Under the pieces are notes generated by a model. The model was not told the DNA's origin. It searched no databases and saw only the letters and a list, made by a program, of their open reading frames with translations. 64,000 nucleotides of DNA, taken from NCBI RefSeq assembly GCF_965247905.1, contig NZ_OZ252047.1:124620-188619 (forward strand). The letters are read 5' to 3'. Origin of the DNA: Candidatus Spongiihabitans sp. Lineage in GTDB: Bacteria; Pseudomonadota; Gammaproteobacteria; Arenicellales; Poriferihabitantaceae. Numbering within the stretch: the stretch's first letter is position 1; each line of letters begins with the position of its first letter. Of the stretch, positions 31,507 to 45,442 are shown one piece after another. Made by a program: the position numbers and the translations under genes.

Positions 31507-32372
31507 ACGCCATTGACGCGCAGTTCGCGGCTTTCGCGGATACGTTTGCAGTACTCGAGTTAATCGGCTTGATTTTCCTGCTGGCTATCGTGTCGGAAAC
31601 GCTTTGGGATATCCTTACCGGCCAGCGCAAGAAACTCGGTCAGACGGTTGCCAATTTTGCCATCGCGCTCGGCAATCATTTTCTTGAACGCACCCTATAT
31701 GGTTTGGTCTTTATTTTCGGCTTGTTCTTGGCTGCGCCCTTTGCGCCTTTTTCGATTCCAATAACATGGTGGAGTTGGGCGTTGGCGCTGATTGCGGCTG
31801 ATCTGACTTACTACTGGATGCATCGCTGGGAGCACGAAATTCGTATTCTATGGGCCTATCACAGTGTGCATCACTCATCATCCGAGTTTAATCTGACCAC
31901 CGGGCTGCGCCTGGCCTGGGTTGAAGGCTTAATCGAATGGGTGTTTTTTGTGCCGATGATCCTGATTGGGTTTGACGTTGTGCAGACGATCATCGCTCTG
32001 GTCATCGTGGTCGCCTATCAGACTTGGATACATACCGAAAAAATAGGAAAATTAGGCTGGGCCGACCGCATTTTCAACACGCCCTCCGTGCATCGCGTCC
32101 ATCACGGGTCTAACAGGAAATACATCGACAAAAACTACGGCGGAATATTGATTGTTTGGGATAGGCTTTTCGGAACCTATCAGGCAGAAGAGGAAAAGGT
32201 GATTTATGGATTAACTTATCTGCTTGGCACCTCAAATCCGCTAACGATTAACGTGCATGAGTATTGGCAAATCATCAAAGACGCGCGGCGCTCAAAGAAT
32301 ATTCACGAACTTTTTGGATATGTTTTTCGACCGCCCGGATGGAAACCAAACAACCGCTTGCAAAATGAATGA
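31503..32372 (+). CDS. Sterol desaturase / fatty-acid hydroxylase family (alkylglycerol monooxygenase-like)
   Basis: His boxes YYWMHRWEH, HSVHHS, WIHTE, HRVHHG; KNYGG...WDRLFGT. Confidence 0.88.
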   Translation: MNAIDAQFAAFADTFAVLELIGLIFLLAIVSETLWDILTGQRKKLGQTVANFAIALGNHFLERTLYGLVFIFGLFLAAPFAPFSIPITWWSWALALIAADLTYYWMHRWEHEIRILWAYHSVHHSSSEFNLTTGLRLAWVEGLIEWVFFVPMILIGFDVVQTIIALVIVVAYQTWIHTEKIGKLGWADRIFNTPSVHRVHHGSNRKYIDKNYGGILIVWDRLFGTYQAEEEKVIYGLTYLLGTSNPLTINVHEYWQIIKDARRSKNIHELFGYVFRPPGWKPNNRLQNE

Positions 32373-32668
32373 TTGCGCTTTAATGGGCCGCCGATAAAGC
32401 ATAAACCACGCACAGTCTTTTGGGCGCGATTTCCTCGCTCAACGGCATGCTGGACATGCCTTTGTGGGCTGTGGATAGCAGATGCATCGGATAAAGCCAT
32501 TGTTCAATGGCAAAAACCCCGCCCCACAAAAAACAAAATCCGGGCCGGGTTTATTCGCTCAGGTCCATTCGCTCAGGTTCATTCGCGCGGGCCTAAGGCT
32601 TATTCTAAATTTATCTTGTCCTTTGTTAAATTCGCGCGTTAAAACAATGCGCTTTGGAATAAAATGAA

Positions 32669-33340
32669 TCAGTCGTCGCCGCCAAATAGCCCGAAAATGC
32701 TCAACAAACTGAGGAACAGATTATATATCGCAACATAAAGGGTTACTGTTGCGGAGATATAGTTGGTCTCGCCGCCATGCAGGATTTGGCTGGTCTGAAA
32801 CAAAATCAAGCCCGACATGAGCAGGATAAACATCGCGGACACCGCCAAACTCAAAGCCGGCATAGGGAAAAACAGCGTCGCCAGTCCAGCGAGAAAAGCA
32901 ACCAAAATCCCGGCCATGAGCATTCCGCCCATAAAACTGAAATCTTTTCTTGTGACCAAGACATAAACGGAAAGGGACGCGAAAATCGCGCCGGTGCCGC
33001 CCAGCGCGGTCATCACAATTTGGCCGCCGTTGGATAGCGTGTTTATGTAGAAATTCAGTATGGGACCGAGGGTCAGCCCCATAAACCCGGTCAATGCAAA
33101 GACAAATAATATGCCGAGCGTGGAATTTCGAAATTTGCTGGTTAAAAACAACAACCCGAAATATCCCGCTATGGTAATAATCATACCCATTGGCGGGAAA
33201 TTCATCGCCATAGACACGCCCGCGGTTACGGCGCTAAATAGCAGTGTCAGCGAGAGCAATAAGTAGGTATTTCGCAATACCCGGTTGAGTTCTATACCAC
33301 GGGAAACCGGTCTTGTAACCGCAGCTTCAAATCTAGCCAT
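32669..33340 (-). CDS. yccA: Bax inhibitor-1/YccA family membrane protein
   Basis: NRVLRNTYLLL, GGETNYISAT, YNLFLSLL; SD GAGG before ATG 33340. Confidence 0.9.
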   Translation of the reverse strand: MARFEAAVTRPVSRGIELNRVLRNTYLLLSLTLLFSAVTAGVSMAMNFPPMGMIITIAGYFGLLFLTSKFRNSTLGILFVFALTGFMGLTLGPILNFYINTLSNGGQIVMTALGGTGAIFASLSVYVLVTRKDFSFMGGMLMAGILVAFLAGLATLFFPMPALSLAVSAMFILLMSGLILFQTSQILHGGETNYISATVTLYVAIYNLFLSLLSIFGLFGGDD

Positions 33341-33451
33341 TTCAATACCTCTTATAAGGATTAGCAAATCAGGTTTATGCCACACCACTTAGTGCGCGCA
33401 TTATAGCGCACATCTTAATTGCGCGACGATATCACCTCGTATTGTATATTA

Positions 33452-33478
33452 AATATTGGCAAACACACAAATTTCAAG
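33452..33478 (-). promoter_or_regulatory. Possible sigma32-type promoter for yccA
   Basis: CTTGAAA-N12-CCAATATT on the minus strand; -10 match is imperfect. Confidence 0.3.
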
Positions 33479-33514
33479 TGGTTATCCTGTCGATATCAAA
33501 TAAACGAGAGATAC

Positions 33515-33545
33515 AGTCTATTCCAATCCTAAAATGATACTGAAC
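33515..33545 (+). repeat. 31-bp dispersed repeat (IS-end-like)
   Basis: AGTCTATTCCAATCCTAAAATGATACTGAAC is identical to 9662-9692; an inverted variant lies at 37888-37912. Confidence 0.75.
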
Positions 33546-33606
33546 CGGGGATTACCATTAATGACATGGGGTTGAAATTATTGTTGCCAGCAAATAGGAT
33601 AAAGCG

Positions 33607-34116
33607 GTGCAATACCATAGCCAAAAACAACAAATAGACCAACAGGGTTATCGGAAGAATGTCGGTATTATTGTCTGCAATAATCAGCATCAGGTGTTAT
33701 GGGCGCGGCGTGCCAAACACGATGGCTGGCAATTCCCCCAAGGCGGTGTTGAGCGCGGGGAATCGGCGCTGGATGCGGCATTTCGGGAATTACACGAGGA
33801 AGTCGGCCTCGCAAGCGCGCACGTAAAACTTTTGGGCAGCACCGAAAACTGGTTGCGCTACGAGGTGCCCTACGCGACAAAAAACCAACATTATCTAACC
33901 ACCAAACAATTTCGTGGCCAAAAGCAACGGTGGTTTTTATTCCATCTGCTGGCCGAGGAATCCTGCGTTAAACTGGATATTGCAAAGAACCCGGAGTTTG
34001 ACCGCTGGCGCTGGGTGGATTATTGGCGGCCATTGGCGGAAATTGTGGAATTTAAGCGCGGTGTTTACAAAAAAGCGCTCACGGAACTGGAGTCGTTGCT
34101 GCCCGCCGCCGTTTAA
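33607..34116 (+). CDS. rppH: RNA pyrophosphohydrolase
   Basis: GYRKNVGI, WQFPQGG, Nudix box RELHEEVGL, GQKQRWF, EFDRWRWVDYW. Confidence 0.95.
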   Translation: MQYHSQKQQIDQQGYRKNVGIIVCNNQHQVLWARRAKHDGWQFPQGGVERGESALDAAFRELHEEVGLASAHVKLLGSTENWLRYEVPYATKNQHYLTTKQFRGQKQRWFLFHLLAEESCVKLDIAKNPEFDRWRWVDYWRPLAEIVEFKRGVYKKALTELESLLPAAV

Positions 34117-34140
34117 CCGGCGCGGGAATGGGCGTAAGTT

Positions 34141-35502
34141 TCACTTACCAGCCACGGTCATTTTTTCAATCAATATGGAGCCCGTTCTAACATTCCCGCG
34201 CTCATCGACATCGCTTCCAACCGCCGCGAATCCCTTGAATATTTCTGTTAGATTACCGGCGATAGTGAACTCCTGAACCGGGTACTGAATCTCGCCATTT
34301 TCAACCCAAAACCCAAACGCACCCCTGGAATAATCGCCGGTAACGGTATTTACCCCGAAGCCAATCAATTCACTTATCACCAATCCTTTGCCCATATCTT
34401 TTATCATTTTTTCGAGGCCATCATCGACGGTGCTTTCGATAGTCAGGTTATGCACACCTCCGGCGTTGCCGGTAGTCTTCAAACCCAACTTTCGTGCCGC
34501 GTAACAATTCAAGACATAACTTTCCAAAACGCCGTCGCTGACAATTTTATGTTCACTCGTGGCTACCCCTTCGCTATCGAATACCGCGCTTCCGGCCGCT
34601 TTCGACAACAGCGGTTGTTCATAAATTTGCACCGTTTGCGGGAAAATTTGCTGACCCCTCTTATCCAGCAAGAAACTTGCTTTTCGATACAAACTTGAAC
34701 CGCTAATAGCCGAAATTAAATGCGACAGCAGACTCGCTGCCACGCCCGGTTCGAAAATCACCGGGTGCTCACCGGTTTTGATTTTTCTGGCATCCAGTCT
34801 GCGAATTGTTCTGCGCGCCGCTTCCCGACCGATTTCGTCTGCCGGCATCAAGTCACCCGAACGCCGTTTGCTGTCGTACCAATAATCCCGCTGCATTGCA
34901 TCGCCGGCGCCGGCGATCACCGAACAACTGGCGCTATGCCGGCTGCCTCGAGCAAACCCTTTGAAGCCATTTGAATTGACATATAGATCAACACCATCAT
35001 GGCTGGACAGCGTCGCCCCTTCGGTATTAGATATTCTCGAATCGCTGGTCAGTGCGGCATCTTCACATAGAGTCGCAATTTCTATAGCCTGGTGCATATT
35101 TATCGCCCACGGATGGCTAAGGTCGAGATCTGGAAATTCTGTAGCCAATAACTCAATATCCGCCAAACCATTAAACTCATCTTGTTCGGTAAATTTTGCA
35201 ATGTTGCATGCAGAATTGACGCTGGATTTAATCGCATCAGAGGAAAAATCCGTAGTCGATGCGCTACCGCTTTTGTGTCCAAAATAAACAGTGACACCCA
35301 AATTTTTGTCGCGGTTGTATTCCACCGTTTCCACTTCACCCTGTCGCACAGTGACCGACATTCCCTGTCCCTGATCAATGGATAGTTCGGACATCCCCGC
35401 GCCCTGCCTTTTCGCTTCATCCAATGCAATCTCGGCGACCGCCAATAACTTTTGCTCCAGTTCGGACTGAGGCTGGGGATGCCATGCGCTCATCACCGTC
35501 AT
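34141..35502 (-). CDS. pmbA: Metalloprotease PmbA (TldE); true start ~35493-35502, not 35634
   Basis: VTVRQGEVETVEYNRDK, MQRDYWY, TGDYSRGAFG, FTIAGNL; lies downstream of tldD. Confidence 0.93.
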   Translation of the reverse strand: MTVMSAWHPQPQSELEQKLLAVAEIALDEAKRQGAGMSELSIDQGQGMSVTVRQGEVETVEYNRDKNLGVTVYFGHKSGSASTTDFSSDAIKSSVNSACNIAKFTEQDEFNGLADIELLATEFPDLDLSHPWAINMHQAIEIATLCEDAALTSDSRISNTEGATLSSHDGVDLYVNSNGFKGFARGSRHSASCSVIAGAGDAMQRDYWYDSKRRSGDLMPADEIGREAARRTIRRLDARKIKTGEHPVIFEPGVAASLLSHLISAISGSSLYRKASFLLDKRGQQIFPQTVQIYEQPLLSKAAGSAVFDSEGVATSEHKIVSDGVLESYVLNCYAARKLGLKTTGNAGGVHNLTIESTVDDGLEKMIKDMGKGLVISELIGFGVNTVTGDYSRGAFGFWVENGEIQYPVQEFTIAGNLTEIFKGFAAVGSDVDERGNVRTGSILIEKMTVAGK

Positions 35503-35512
35503 GATGCGACCA

Positions 35513-36973
35513 TTAAACCGCGGCCCCGCCGACGGTAAGTCCATCGATGCGCATGGTCGGCTGCCCCACGCCGACCGGCACACTTTGACCTTCCTTGCCG
35601 CAGACGCCGACGCCGCTGTCCAATGCCAGATCATTGCCTAACATCGAGACGCGGTTAAGCACCTCGGGACCATTGCCAATCAAGGTCGCCCCTTTCACCG
35701 GATAAGTCACCTTGCCCTGTTCAATCATATACGCTTCGGAAGCGCTGAACACGAATTTCCCCGAAGTAATGTCAACTTGCCCGCCGCCAAAATTGACCGC
35801 ATACAAGCCCTGGTCCACCGAGCCGATAATCTCCTGCGGGTCATGCTCGCCGGCATGCATATAGGTATTGGTCATTCTCGGCATGGGTAAATGGGCATAG
35901 GATTCTCGCCGCCCATTGCCGGTGGGCGGCATGTTCATCAGCCGGGCGTTTAGTTGATCCTGCATATAACCTTTGAGAATTCCTTGTTCAATAAGCACGG
36001 TATTTTGACTGGGCTGCCCCTCGTCATCAATGGACAGCGAGCCACGGCGGTTTGCAAGCGTGCCGTCATCCACCACGGTGCATAACGCTGACGCTACTTG
36101 CTCGCCGATTCGGCCGCTGAATGCTGAGGTGCGCTTGCGGTTGAAGTCGCCTTCCAAGCCATGACCAATCGCTTCGTGCAATAAAATTCCCGGCCACCCT
36201 GGGCCGAGCACCACAATCATTTCTCCAGCCGGCGCTTGCCTGGATTCCAGATTCACCAAGGCTTGCCTTACCGCTTCTTCGGCATATTCGTGGGCGCGGC
36301 AGATTCCACCATGTTGCTCGGTGAAATAGTGATAGGCATAACGCCCGCCGCCGCCCGAAGAGCCTTGCTCTCGCCGCCCCTTATCCTCGACAATGACGCT
36401 GACATTCATTCTCACCAGCGGCCGGATGTCAGCCGCCAGTTGGCCATCGTAGCGCGCCACTAAAATCACATCCTGAGAACCGGTCAGACTCACCATGACT
36501 TGCGCCACGCGCGAGTCCATGCGCCGTGCGACTTGTTCGACTTCCTTAATCAAGTTCACTTTGTCGCGGTCGGCCATTGAGCCGAGAGGATCATGCGGCT
36601 GGTAGCGTCTTTTGATATTGCGGTCATCGCCGTGAATCTTGATTTGCTGATGGTCGCGACCACTGCGCGCAATGGATTTCGCCGCTTCTGCCGCATCGGT
36701 GAGCGCCGGCAGCAAAATTTCGTCGCAGTAGGCGAAACCGGTTTTCTCGCCGCTTACCGCCCGAATCCCGACCCCTTGATCAATGCCGCAGCTTCCCGAT
36801 TTAACCGTGCCTTCGTCCATGTACCAGGCTTCATGCCGTGAATACTGGAAATACAAATCGGCATAGTCGATCTGCGACCCCATAACCCGGTTCAGGGTTT
36901 GAATCAGCTCATGGTCGCCTAAACCGGTGGGGCTTAGCAAGAGTTCGGTGGCTGTTTGCAGTTGGTCAGACAT
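35513..36973 (-). CDS. tldD: Metalloprotease TldD
   Basis: [44 protein letters not shown]. Confidence 0.96.
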   Translation of the reverse strand: MSDQLQTATELLLSPTGLGDHELIQTLNRVMGSQIDYADLYFQYSRHEAWYMDEGTVKSGSCGIDQGVGIRAVSGEKTGFAYCDEILLPALTDAAEAAKSIARSGRDHQQIKIHGDDRNIKRRYQPHDPLGSMADRDKVNLIKEVEQVARRMDSRVAQVMVSLTGSQDVILVARYDGQLAADIRPLVRMNVSVIVEDKGRREQGSSGGGGRYAYHYFTEQHGGICRAHEYAEEAVRQALVNLESRQAPAGEMIVVLGPGWPGILLHEAIGHGLEGDFNRKRTSAFSGRIGEQVASALCTVVDDGTLANRRGSLSIDDEGQPSQNTVLIEQGILKGYMQDQLNARLMNMPPTGNGRRESYAHLPMPRMTNTYMHAGEHDPQEIIGSVDQGLYAVNFGGGQVDITSGKFVFSASEAYMIEQGKVTYPVKGATLIGNGPEVLNRVSMLGNDLALDSGVGVCGKEGQSVPVGVGQPTMRIDGLTVGGAAV

Positions 36974-37007
36974 AAAATATTAAGCTCTTGTCAGTGGTGC
37001 GGTTTTT

Positions 37008-37823
37008 TCAAAACAAGTCAGGCCGGCAGTGCTTTAACGATGGAAGTTGCTCACGGATACGCTGCAGCAAATCCAAATCAATGTCAGCGATGACAACGCC
37101 ACATTCAGATTGCAACTCGCTTATCACTTTCCCCCAAGGGTCAATAATAACAGTATGTCCCCAGGTTTTGCGTGCGCGGTTATGCACGCCGGTTTGCGCC
37201 GCAGCGACCACAAAACAACCATTCTCAATGGCTCTGGCGGTCAGCAGCGGCAGCCAATGACTTTGCCCCGTGGTCTGGGAAAACGCCGCCGGCACCACTA
37301 ATATCCGGGCGCCCAACTGAGTGAGTTTACGGTACATTTCGGGAAATCGCAGATCGTAACAGATGCTCAATCCGATTTTTCCCAGCGGTGAGTCCATGAC
37401 CTCGAATGAATTTCCCGGTTCGGTGTAATCCGATTCGCAATAACATTCGCCACCGGACAGGGTCACGTCAAACAAGAATATTTTGTCATAGCGCGCGACA
37501 CGATTGCCGTTGTTGTCGTAGGCCAACAAGGTATTGGTCACTTTGGTCGGGTGGCTGGATTTAAGCGGCACGCTACCGCCGATGATCCAAACATTTCGGC
37601 TATTGGCGATGGCCGACAAAAAATCCTGTATCTTTCCCTGGCCATCCTGTTCGGCGCATTGCAATAGCTGCCGCCGACTGCTTTGCATCAACCCAAAACA
37701 CTCGGGCAGTACAATTAATTCGGCGCCTTGCTCTTTTGCCCGATCAATTTGCGCCCGAACATCGACAAGATTTTGCTCAATATCATCACTGGCGTTGGTT
37801 TGAATCGCTGCAATCTTCGACAT
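37008..37823 (-). CDS. Carbon-nitrogen hydrolase (Nit1/deaminated glutathione amidase-like)
   Basis: LPEC, YDK, SICYDLRFPE triad; ARAIEN; usual tldD neighbour. Confidence 0.9.
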   Translation of the reverse strand: MSKIAAIQTNASDDIEQNLVDVRAQIDRAKEQGAELIVLPECFGLMQSSRRQLLQCAEQDGQGKIQDFLSAIANSRNVWIIGGSVPLKSSHPTKVTNTLLAYDNNGNRVARYDKIFLFDVTLSGGECYCESDYTEPGNSFEVMDSPLGKIGLSICYDLRFPEMYRKLTQLGARILVVPAAFSQTTGQSHWLPLLTARAIENGCFVVAAAQTGVHNRARKTWGHTVIIDPWGKVISELQSECGVVIADIDLDLLQRIREQLPSLKHCRPDLF

Positions 37824-37887
37824 ATCTATAGTTAATAACGGTTTTCGCGTTAACGCATCCTGTCCACACGGTCAGCCGGGGATCATA

Positions 37888-37912
37888 ATCATTCCAGGAT
37901 GGGAATAGACTC
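37888..37912 (-). repeat. Inverted variant of the 31-bp dispersed repeat
   Basis: Reverse complement GAGTCTATTCCCATCCTGGAATGAT, 22/25 identical to 9661-9685. Confidence 0.6.
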
Positions 37913-37938
37913 AAGCGAACATGACAATGGCAAACGGC

Positions 37939-38889
37939 TCAAATCGTGGAATGCGCCTGCACATCGGCGTGGTAGGACGATCTGACCATCGCTCCAGACG
38001 CGACATTGGCGAATCCCAGCGCCGCTCCAATCTCGCCCAATTCCGCAAATTCGTCCGGATGCCAATACCGTTGCACCGGTAAATGGTGGCGGCTGGGCTG
38101 CAAGTATTGTCCGAGGGTGAGCATTTCCACCTCATGCCGGCGCAAATCCTTCATTACCTCGATCACTTCATCGCGGGTTTCGCCGAGCCCCAGCATGATG
38201 CCAGACTTGGTCGGCACAGCCGGTTGGTTTCGCTTCATGCGTTGCAAAAGATCCAGCGAATATTGATAGTCCGCTCCCGGTCGCGCCTGTTTATACAATC
38301 GCGCCACCGTCTCCAGATTATGATTGAACACATCGGCCGGGGATTTTTCCAGAATCTCCACGGCAACGTCTATTCTGCCGCGAAAATCCGGCGTGAGAAT
38401 CTCAATTTTCGTATTTGGACACCGAGATCGAAGCGCGCGGATACACGCTACAAAATGGGTTGCGCCGCCATCGCGCAAATCATCGCGATCCACGGAAGTG
38501 ATGACCACATAGTTCAGGCCCATCGCGGCCACGGTTTCAGCGAGATTGCGCGGTTCATCCGCGTCCAGCGGGTTCGGGCGGCCGTGCGCGATAGCGCAGA
38601 ACGGGCAGCGCCGGGTGCAAATATCGCCCATGATTAAAAATGTCGCCGTGCCGTTGCCGAAGCATTCGCCGAGATTGGGACAGGCGGCCTCCTCGCAAAC
38701 GGTGTGCAATCCTTTTGACCGCAGTATTTTCTTGAGTTCCGAAACCGCTGGAGTGCCGGTGAAACTGGCGCGAATCCATTGCGGTTTTCTGAGCAGTTGG
38801 TGGCGCGCCAAGGGCGCAATTTTAACCGGAATGCGCGCCATCTTCGCGGCGCCGCGCAACTTCTCGCCTTTTACAATTGTTGTCGCCAT
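37939..38889 (-). CDS. lipA: Lipoyl synthase
   Basis: [27 protein letters not shown]. Confidence 0.97.
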   Translation of the reverse strand: MATTIVKGEKLRGAAKMARIPVKIAPLARHQLLRKPQWIRASFTGTPAVSELKKILRSKGLHTVCEEAACPNLGECFGNGTATFLIMGDICTRRCPFCAIAHGRPNPLDADEPRNLAETVAAMGLNYVVITSVDRDDLRDGGATHFVACIRALRSRCPNTKIEILTPDFRGRIDVAVEILEKSPADVFNHNLETVARLYKQARPGADYQYSLDLLQRMKRNQPAVPTKSGIMLGLGETRDEVIEVMKDLRRHEVEMLTLGQYLQPSRHHLPVQRYWHPDEFAELGEIGAALGFANVASGAMVRSSYHADVQAHSTI

Positions 38890-38916
38890 ATTGTTATCCG
38901 TAGAAAAAAATTATCC

Positions 38917-39054
38917 TATCCGCAGATGACGCAGATTAACGCAGATAAAAAAAAGATTAATATTTGGATTGAAAAAAGCCATGCTTATCAATTTTGTAAC
39001 AACTCGTCTTGCATATAAAATTAAATCTGTGAAAATCTGCGTCATCTGCGGATA
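38917..39054. repeat. MITE-like inverted-repeat element (TATCCGCAGATGACGCAGAT...ATCTGCGTCATCTGCGGATA)
   Basis: ~30-bp terminal inverted repeats around an AT-rich spacer; second copy at 46783-46861. Confidence 0.8.
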
Positions 39055-39059
39055 ATTCT

Positions 39060-41918
<2,859 letters not shown>

Positions 41919-42013
41919 GGCGACTCCTGTTAGTTATGAGTTATGGTGATGCGGTGGCACATTAATATGTGGCGTGATGGTGGTGACGGCGACGGTGACA
42001 GGCGAGTTCATCG

Positions 42014-42388
42014 TCAATCCAACTCATCAACAAACTTTTTATACGCATCCGCGTCCATCAAGTCGTCAAGTTGCATCGTGTCATCGGCGCTCAGTTTATA
42101 AAACCAGCCATCGCCCTCGGGCGCATCGTTGACCAGTTCGGGCGCGCCATCCAGGTTGTCATTACGCTCGGTCACCGTGCCAGACAGCGGCGACTTGACA
42201 TCGGACGCGGCTTTGACCGACTCCACCACCGCGGCGTCATCGCCTTGCGCCAGCGTCGCGCCGACCGCGGGCAACTCGACGTAGACGATTTCGCCTAACT
42301 GCTCTTGGGCGTAGTCGGTGATGCCGACCGTATGCGCGCCGTCCTGCTCGCGCACCCATTCATGATCTTTGGTGTATTTAGTTGTCAT
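42014..42388 (-). CDS. gcvH: Glycine cleavage H protein
   Basis: YTKDHEW, GITDYAQEQLG, VESVKAAS (lipoyl Lys). Confidence 0.97.
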   Translation of the reverse strand: MTTKYTKDHEWVREQDGAHTVGITDYAQEQLGEIVYVELPAVGATLAQGDDAAVVESVKAASDVKSPLSGTVTERNDNLDGAPELVNDAPEGDGWFYKLSADDTMQLDDLMDADAYKKFVDELD

Positions 42389-42442
42389 CTGGTTACCTCG
42401 GTTTGGTTTTGACAGGGATTCGCTGTACGCGAGTATAAATTA

Positions 42443-43603
42443 TCAGCGGTAAAAATTGGGCGCCACGAACGGCAGTTTGGCGACCGTCACCGGCAGCAGT
42501 CGACCGCGCACGCGCGCTTGCAACGCGGTGCCGAGCGCGGCGTGTGCAAGGGCGACATAGCCCATGCAAATCGGCTTGCCGAGGCTGGGACTGAAGCCGC
42601 CGCTGGTCACCATGCCGACCGACTCCACATGGTCATCGCCGCCGTCGCTGGCAAAAAGTTCCGCGCCTTCGCGGATGGGCGCGCGTCCGTCCGGTAGCAG
42701 TCCGACTCGACGGCGTGCGCTGTGGTTCGGGATTTGCGGCAAAATAATGTCATCACCGGGAAAGCCGCCGGCGCGCTCGCCGCCACGGCGTCTTGCTTTG
42801 GACACGGCCCATAACAGATTGCCTTCAATCGGGGTGGTTGCGGTAGTAATATCGTGGCCATACAAACATAAACCGGCTTCCAGGCGCAACGAATCCCTGG
42901 CCCCCAACCCGACCCATTTGACCGCGGCGTCGGCCAGCAAGCGGCGTGCCACTTGTACGGCGTGCGCCGCCGCCATGGAGAGTTCAAAGCCGTCCTCGCC
43001 GGTGTAGCCCGAGCGCGAAGCGATGCAGGCGACGCCGTCAATATTCAACTCGCGCACACCCATAAACTTCATCTCGCCGAGGTCGTGACCGATATCGCAG
43101 CCGAGATTCGTCAGCACCGTGGCCGCGGCCGGGCCCTGCAACGCCAGCAACGCCAAGTCGTCGGCCAAGGCGAGTTGCTGGGTGGGCGCGAGGTGCTGTT
43201 GCAAATGCGCGAAATCGTTCGCCTTGCACGCGGCGTTGACCACCAGATTGAAATGCTCGCCCAAGTTCTGCACCATTAAATCATCAATGATGCCGCCATC
43301 GTCGTTGGTCAGCAGCGCATATTTCTGGCGCTGGCGCGGCAGCGCAACCAGGTCCACCGGCATCAGCGTCTCCAGCGCGTCCGCGGTACGCTCGACGCAC
43401 CCGTCTTTATCGCGCACCGAAATCTGCCCCATGTGCGAGACATCAAACAAACCGGCCGCCGCGCGGGTATGCAGATGCTCCTTGATGATGCCGTCGGGGT
43501 AGTTCACCGGCATTTCATAGCCGGCGAACGGCACGATTTTTGCGCTGGCCTCGCGGTGCAAGTCAAACAGCGCGGTGCGTTGCAGATTTTCGGATGAGTT
43601 CAT
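42443..43603 (-). CDS. gcvT: Aminomethyltransferase (T protein); likely start ATG 43603
   Basis: PFAGYEMPV, LFDVSHMG, SGYTGEDGFE, GARDSLRLEAGLCLYG. Confidence 0.95.
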   Translation of the reverse strand: MNSSENLQRTALFDLHREASAKIVPFAGYEMPVNYPDGIIKEHLHTRAAAGLFDVSHMGQISVRDKDGCVERTADALETLMPVDLVALPRQRQKYALLTNDDGGIIDDLMVQNLGEHFNLVVNAACKANDFAHLQQHLAPTQQLALADDLALLALQGPAAATVLTNLGCDIGHDLGEMKFMGVRELNIDGVACIASRSGYTGEDGFELSMAAAHAVQVARRLLADAAVKWVGLGARDSLRLEAGLCLYGHDITTATTPIEGNLLWAVSKARRRGGERAGGFPGDDIILPQIPNHSARRRVGLLPDGRAPIREGAELFASDGGDDHVESVGMVTSGGFSPSLGKPICMGYVALAHAALGTALQARVRGRLLPVTVAKLPFVAPNFYR

Positions 43604-43635
43604 TATCGAATGAGGACCGTCATTGCATATATTTT

Positions 43636-44586
43636 TCATTTTTCGGCACGCAGGTTTTTCGTGGATTGGCGATACTCGGCGCATGTTTCCAGATAACGCG
43701 CTGTGCTCACCGGCATCGGCACGCGCACATTTGCAATCCAGGTCATTAAATCTTTTCCCGAGCGCAACAAGATTGTGCCGCGTTTGATGTGTCTTTCCAA
43801 CTTATTGTTTGCATTTTCGGGAATAGTGGCGCGAAAGTCGAGGATTTTTTCGCCGTCAGCGATAAATTCCGGCCATATCGCCAAATAGTTTGGATCGCTG
43901 CGAAGGATTTCACATTCGTATTTGGCGATGCCGATGAAATCTTCCACCAAGGGCTTTGCTTGGGAGAACCATTGCAGGCAACAAAGCGTGGCTTGAATGG
44001 TCTCTCCGACTCGGTCAATTTCGCGCATGGCTTGGGCGATTTTGCGGTAGCGGCTACAGTAGTAATCGGCGATGGACATGGTGAACACTTTCACCGGCTC
44101 GCCCCAAAGCTCGTCCACGCCTTCTTCGCCGCTATGATGTTTTACATTGCCGGACAACGACAGGGCTTCCGAGAAACAACTGGAGCATTGACGCATGAAA
44201 TCATCGTCTTTGGTGATTTTGATGCCGCTTTCTTCAAGATCAACAATGGCAGTGAATATATCCGTGGCGCGATTAAACAGCGCGCCGGCCAGCATGGCGG
44301 CATTGACCCGCTTTCGATCAGGATTACTTTCGTTTTCATATGCCGCCCGAACCTCATCCAACTTTTCCCCGGGCGTGTTAATGCCGGGTTCGGTATGATG
44401 AAAGGTGCGGCGGGTCAGGGCGTCCAGCAGTTTCTTTTTTTCGGTGAGGGTTTCTTGCGGGGGCGGATAATAGCGAATCCAGTAGTCATCGTAAAAGATA
44501 TGCGCCACGCCATCGGTTTTGCTGATGGTGCCGTTTTCGATCTGAGTATTTTCCTCGATGGTCATTTTTGTTCGGAGACTTCGCAT
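43636..44586 (-). CDS. Hypothetical protein (~310 aa), co-oriented with gcvTHP
   Basis: Long ORF with protein-like composition; no family recognised. Confidence 0.7.
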   Translation of the reverse strand: MRSLRTKMTIEENTQIENGTISKTDGVAHIFYDDYWIRYYPPPQETLTEKKKLLDALTRRTFHHTEPGINTPGEKLDEVRAAYENESNPDRKRVNAAMLAGALFNRATDIFTAIVDLEESGIKITKDDDFMRQCSSCFSEALSLSGNVKHHSGEEGVDELWGEPVKVFTMSIADYYCSRYRKIAQAMREIDRVGETIQATLCCLQWFSQAKPLVEDFIGIAKYECEILRSDPNYLAIWPEFIADGEKILDFRATIPENANNKLERHIKRGTILLRSGKDLMTWIANVRVPMPVSTARYLETCAEYRQSTKNLRAEK

Positions 44587-44781
44587 AATAAACTTGTTTC
44601 AAGGGTGCAGTCGCGAACCCTGCGGAAAATTCTCTTGTTCAGCCCGATTTGGACAATATTTTAACATGATTGTACATTTTGCCTGTTGTCATTAGATGTG
44701 CATCAGCTGGAAAATTCATAAAAATCCATATTTAAAGAGGCATCCTAATGAAGTCATGGCTATTGTGCGGTAATCAAAAAA

Positions 44782-45442
44782 GGTTCAAGATACTTTAAGG
44801 TATAGTGAAATGGTCATAACTAACTGTTCTATAAATGAAAAACAAGTATGTCATTATTTGTCATTCTCGCCGGCAGGCGGGGATCCAGAGTGGCGTAGCC
44901 GCCGGTTGCGTCACGCTTTGCGTGACAATTATTTACCATTGTCTTCTCAAAAGGACACATTGCCTTCCGATTCACCACTGCCCCCCAACCCGTCATTCTC
45001 GCCGAAGGCGGGAATCCAGTTAAATATCTGTCACGCAAAGCGTGACTCTTTTTGGCATCCGGCTTTGCTAGACACAAACCGGCGGCTTCGCCGCATAAGG
45101 AGTCCGGCTACGCCGGACGGCATATTCCACTGGATTGCCCGGCCAATAATAATATGGGCCGGGCAATGACGAATGATAAGTAATAGAGCACGTTTTAGTG
45201 TCACGCTTCGCGTGACACTTATTTACCATTGTCTTCTCAAAAGGAATTATCGCCTTCCGATTCACCATTGTCCCCCCAGCCCGTCATTCTCGCCGCAGGC
45301 GGGAATCCAGTTAAAATATGTCTTCCGGCGTAGCCGGACCCCTTTGAAAGAGTGTGAGTTTCGCTTCAATATGCGCCACGAAAATGGGTGTCAATATCTG
45401 CTAAAATCTATCCGAAATCGACCGCTTAAAGTATCTTGAACC
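44782..45442 (+). mobile_element. Non-autonomous IS1595-derived element, copy 3 (661 bp)
   Basis: Same TIRs; TSD TCAAAAAA (44774-44781, 45443-45450); only ~7 codons of the transposase N-terminus remain; cargo module is duplicated. Confidence 0.9.

Noticed and set aside
35503-35634. N-terminal extension of pmbA in the ORF track
   Set aside because: It overlaps the tldD 3' end; a start at ~35493-35502 gives the normal length.
43603-43700. Glycine riboswitch before gcvT
   Set aside because: Only ~32 bp separate gcvT from the upstream gene, and no aptamer motifs are seen.
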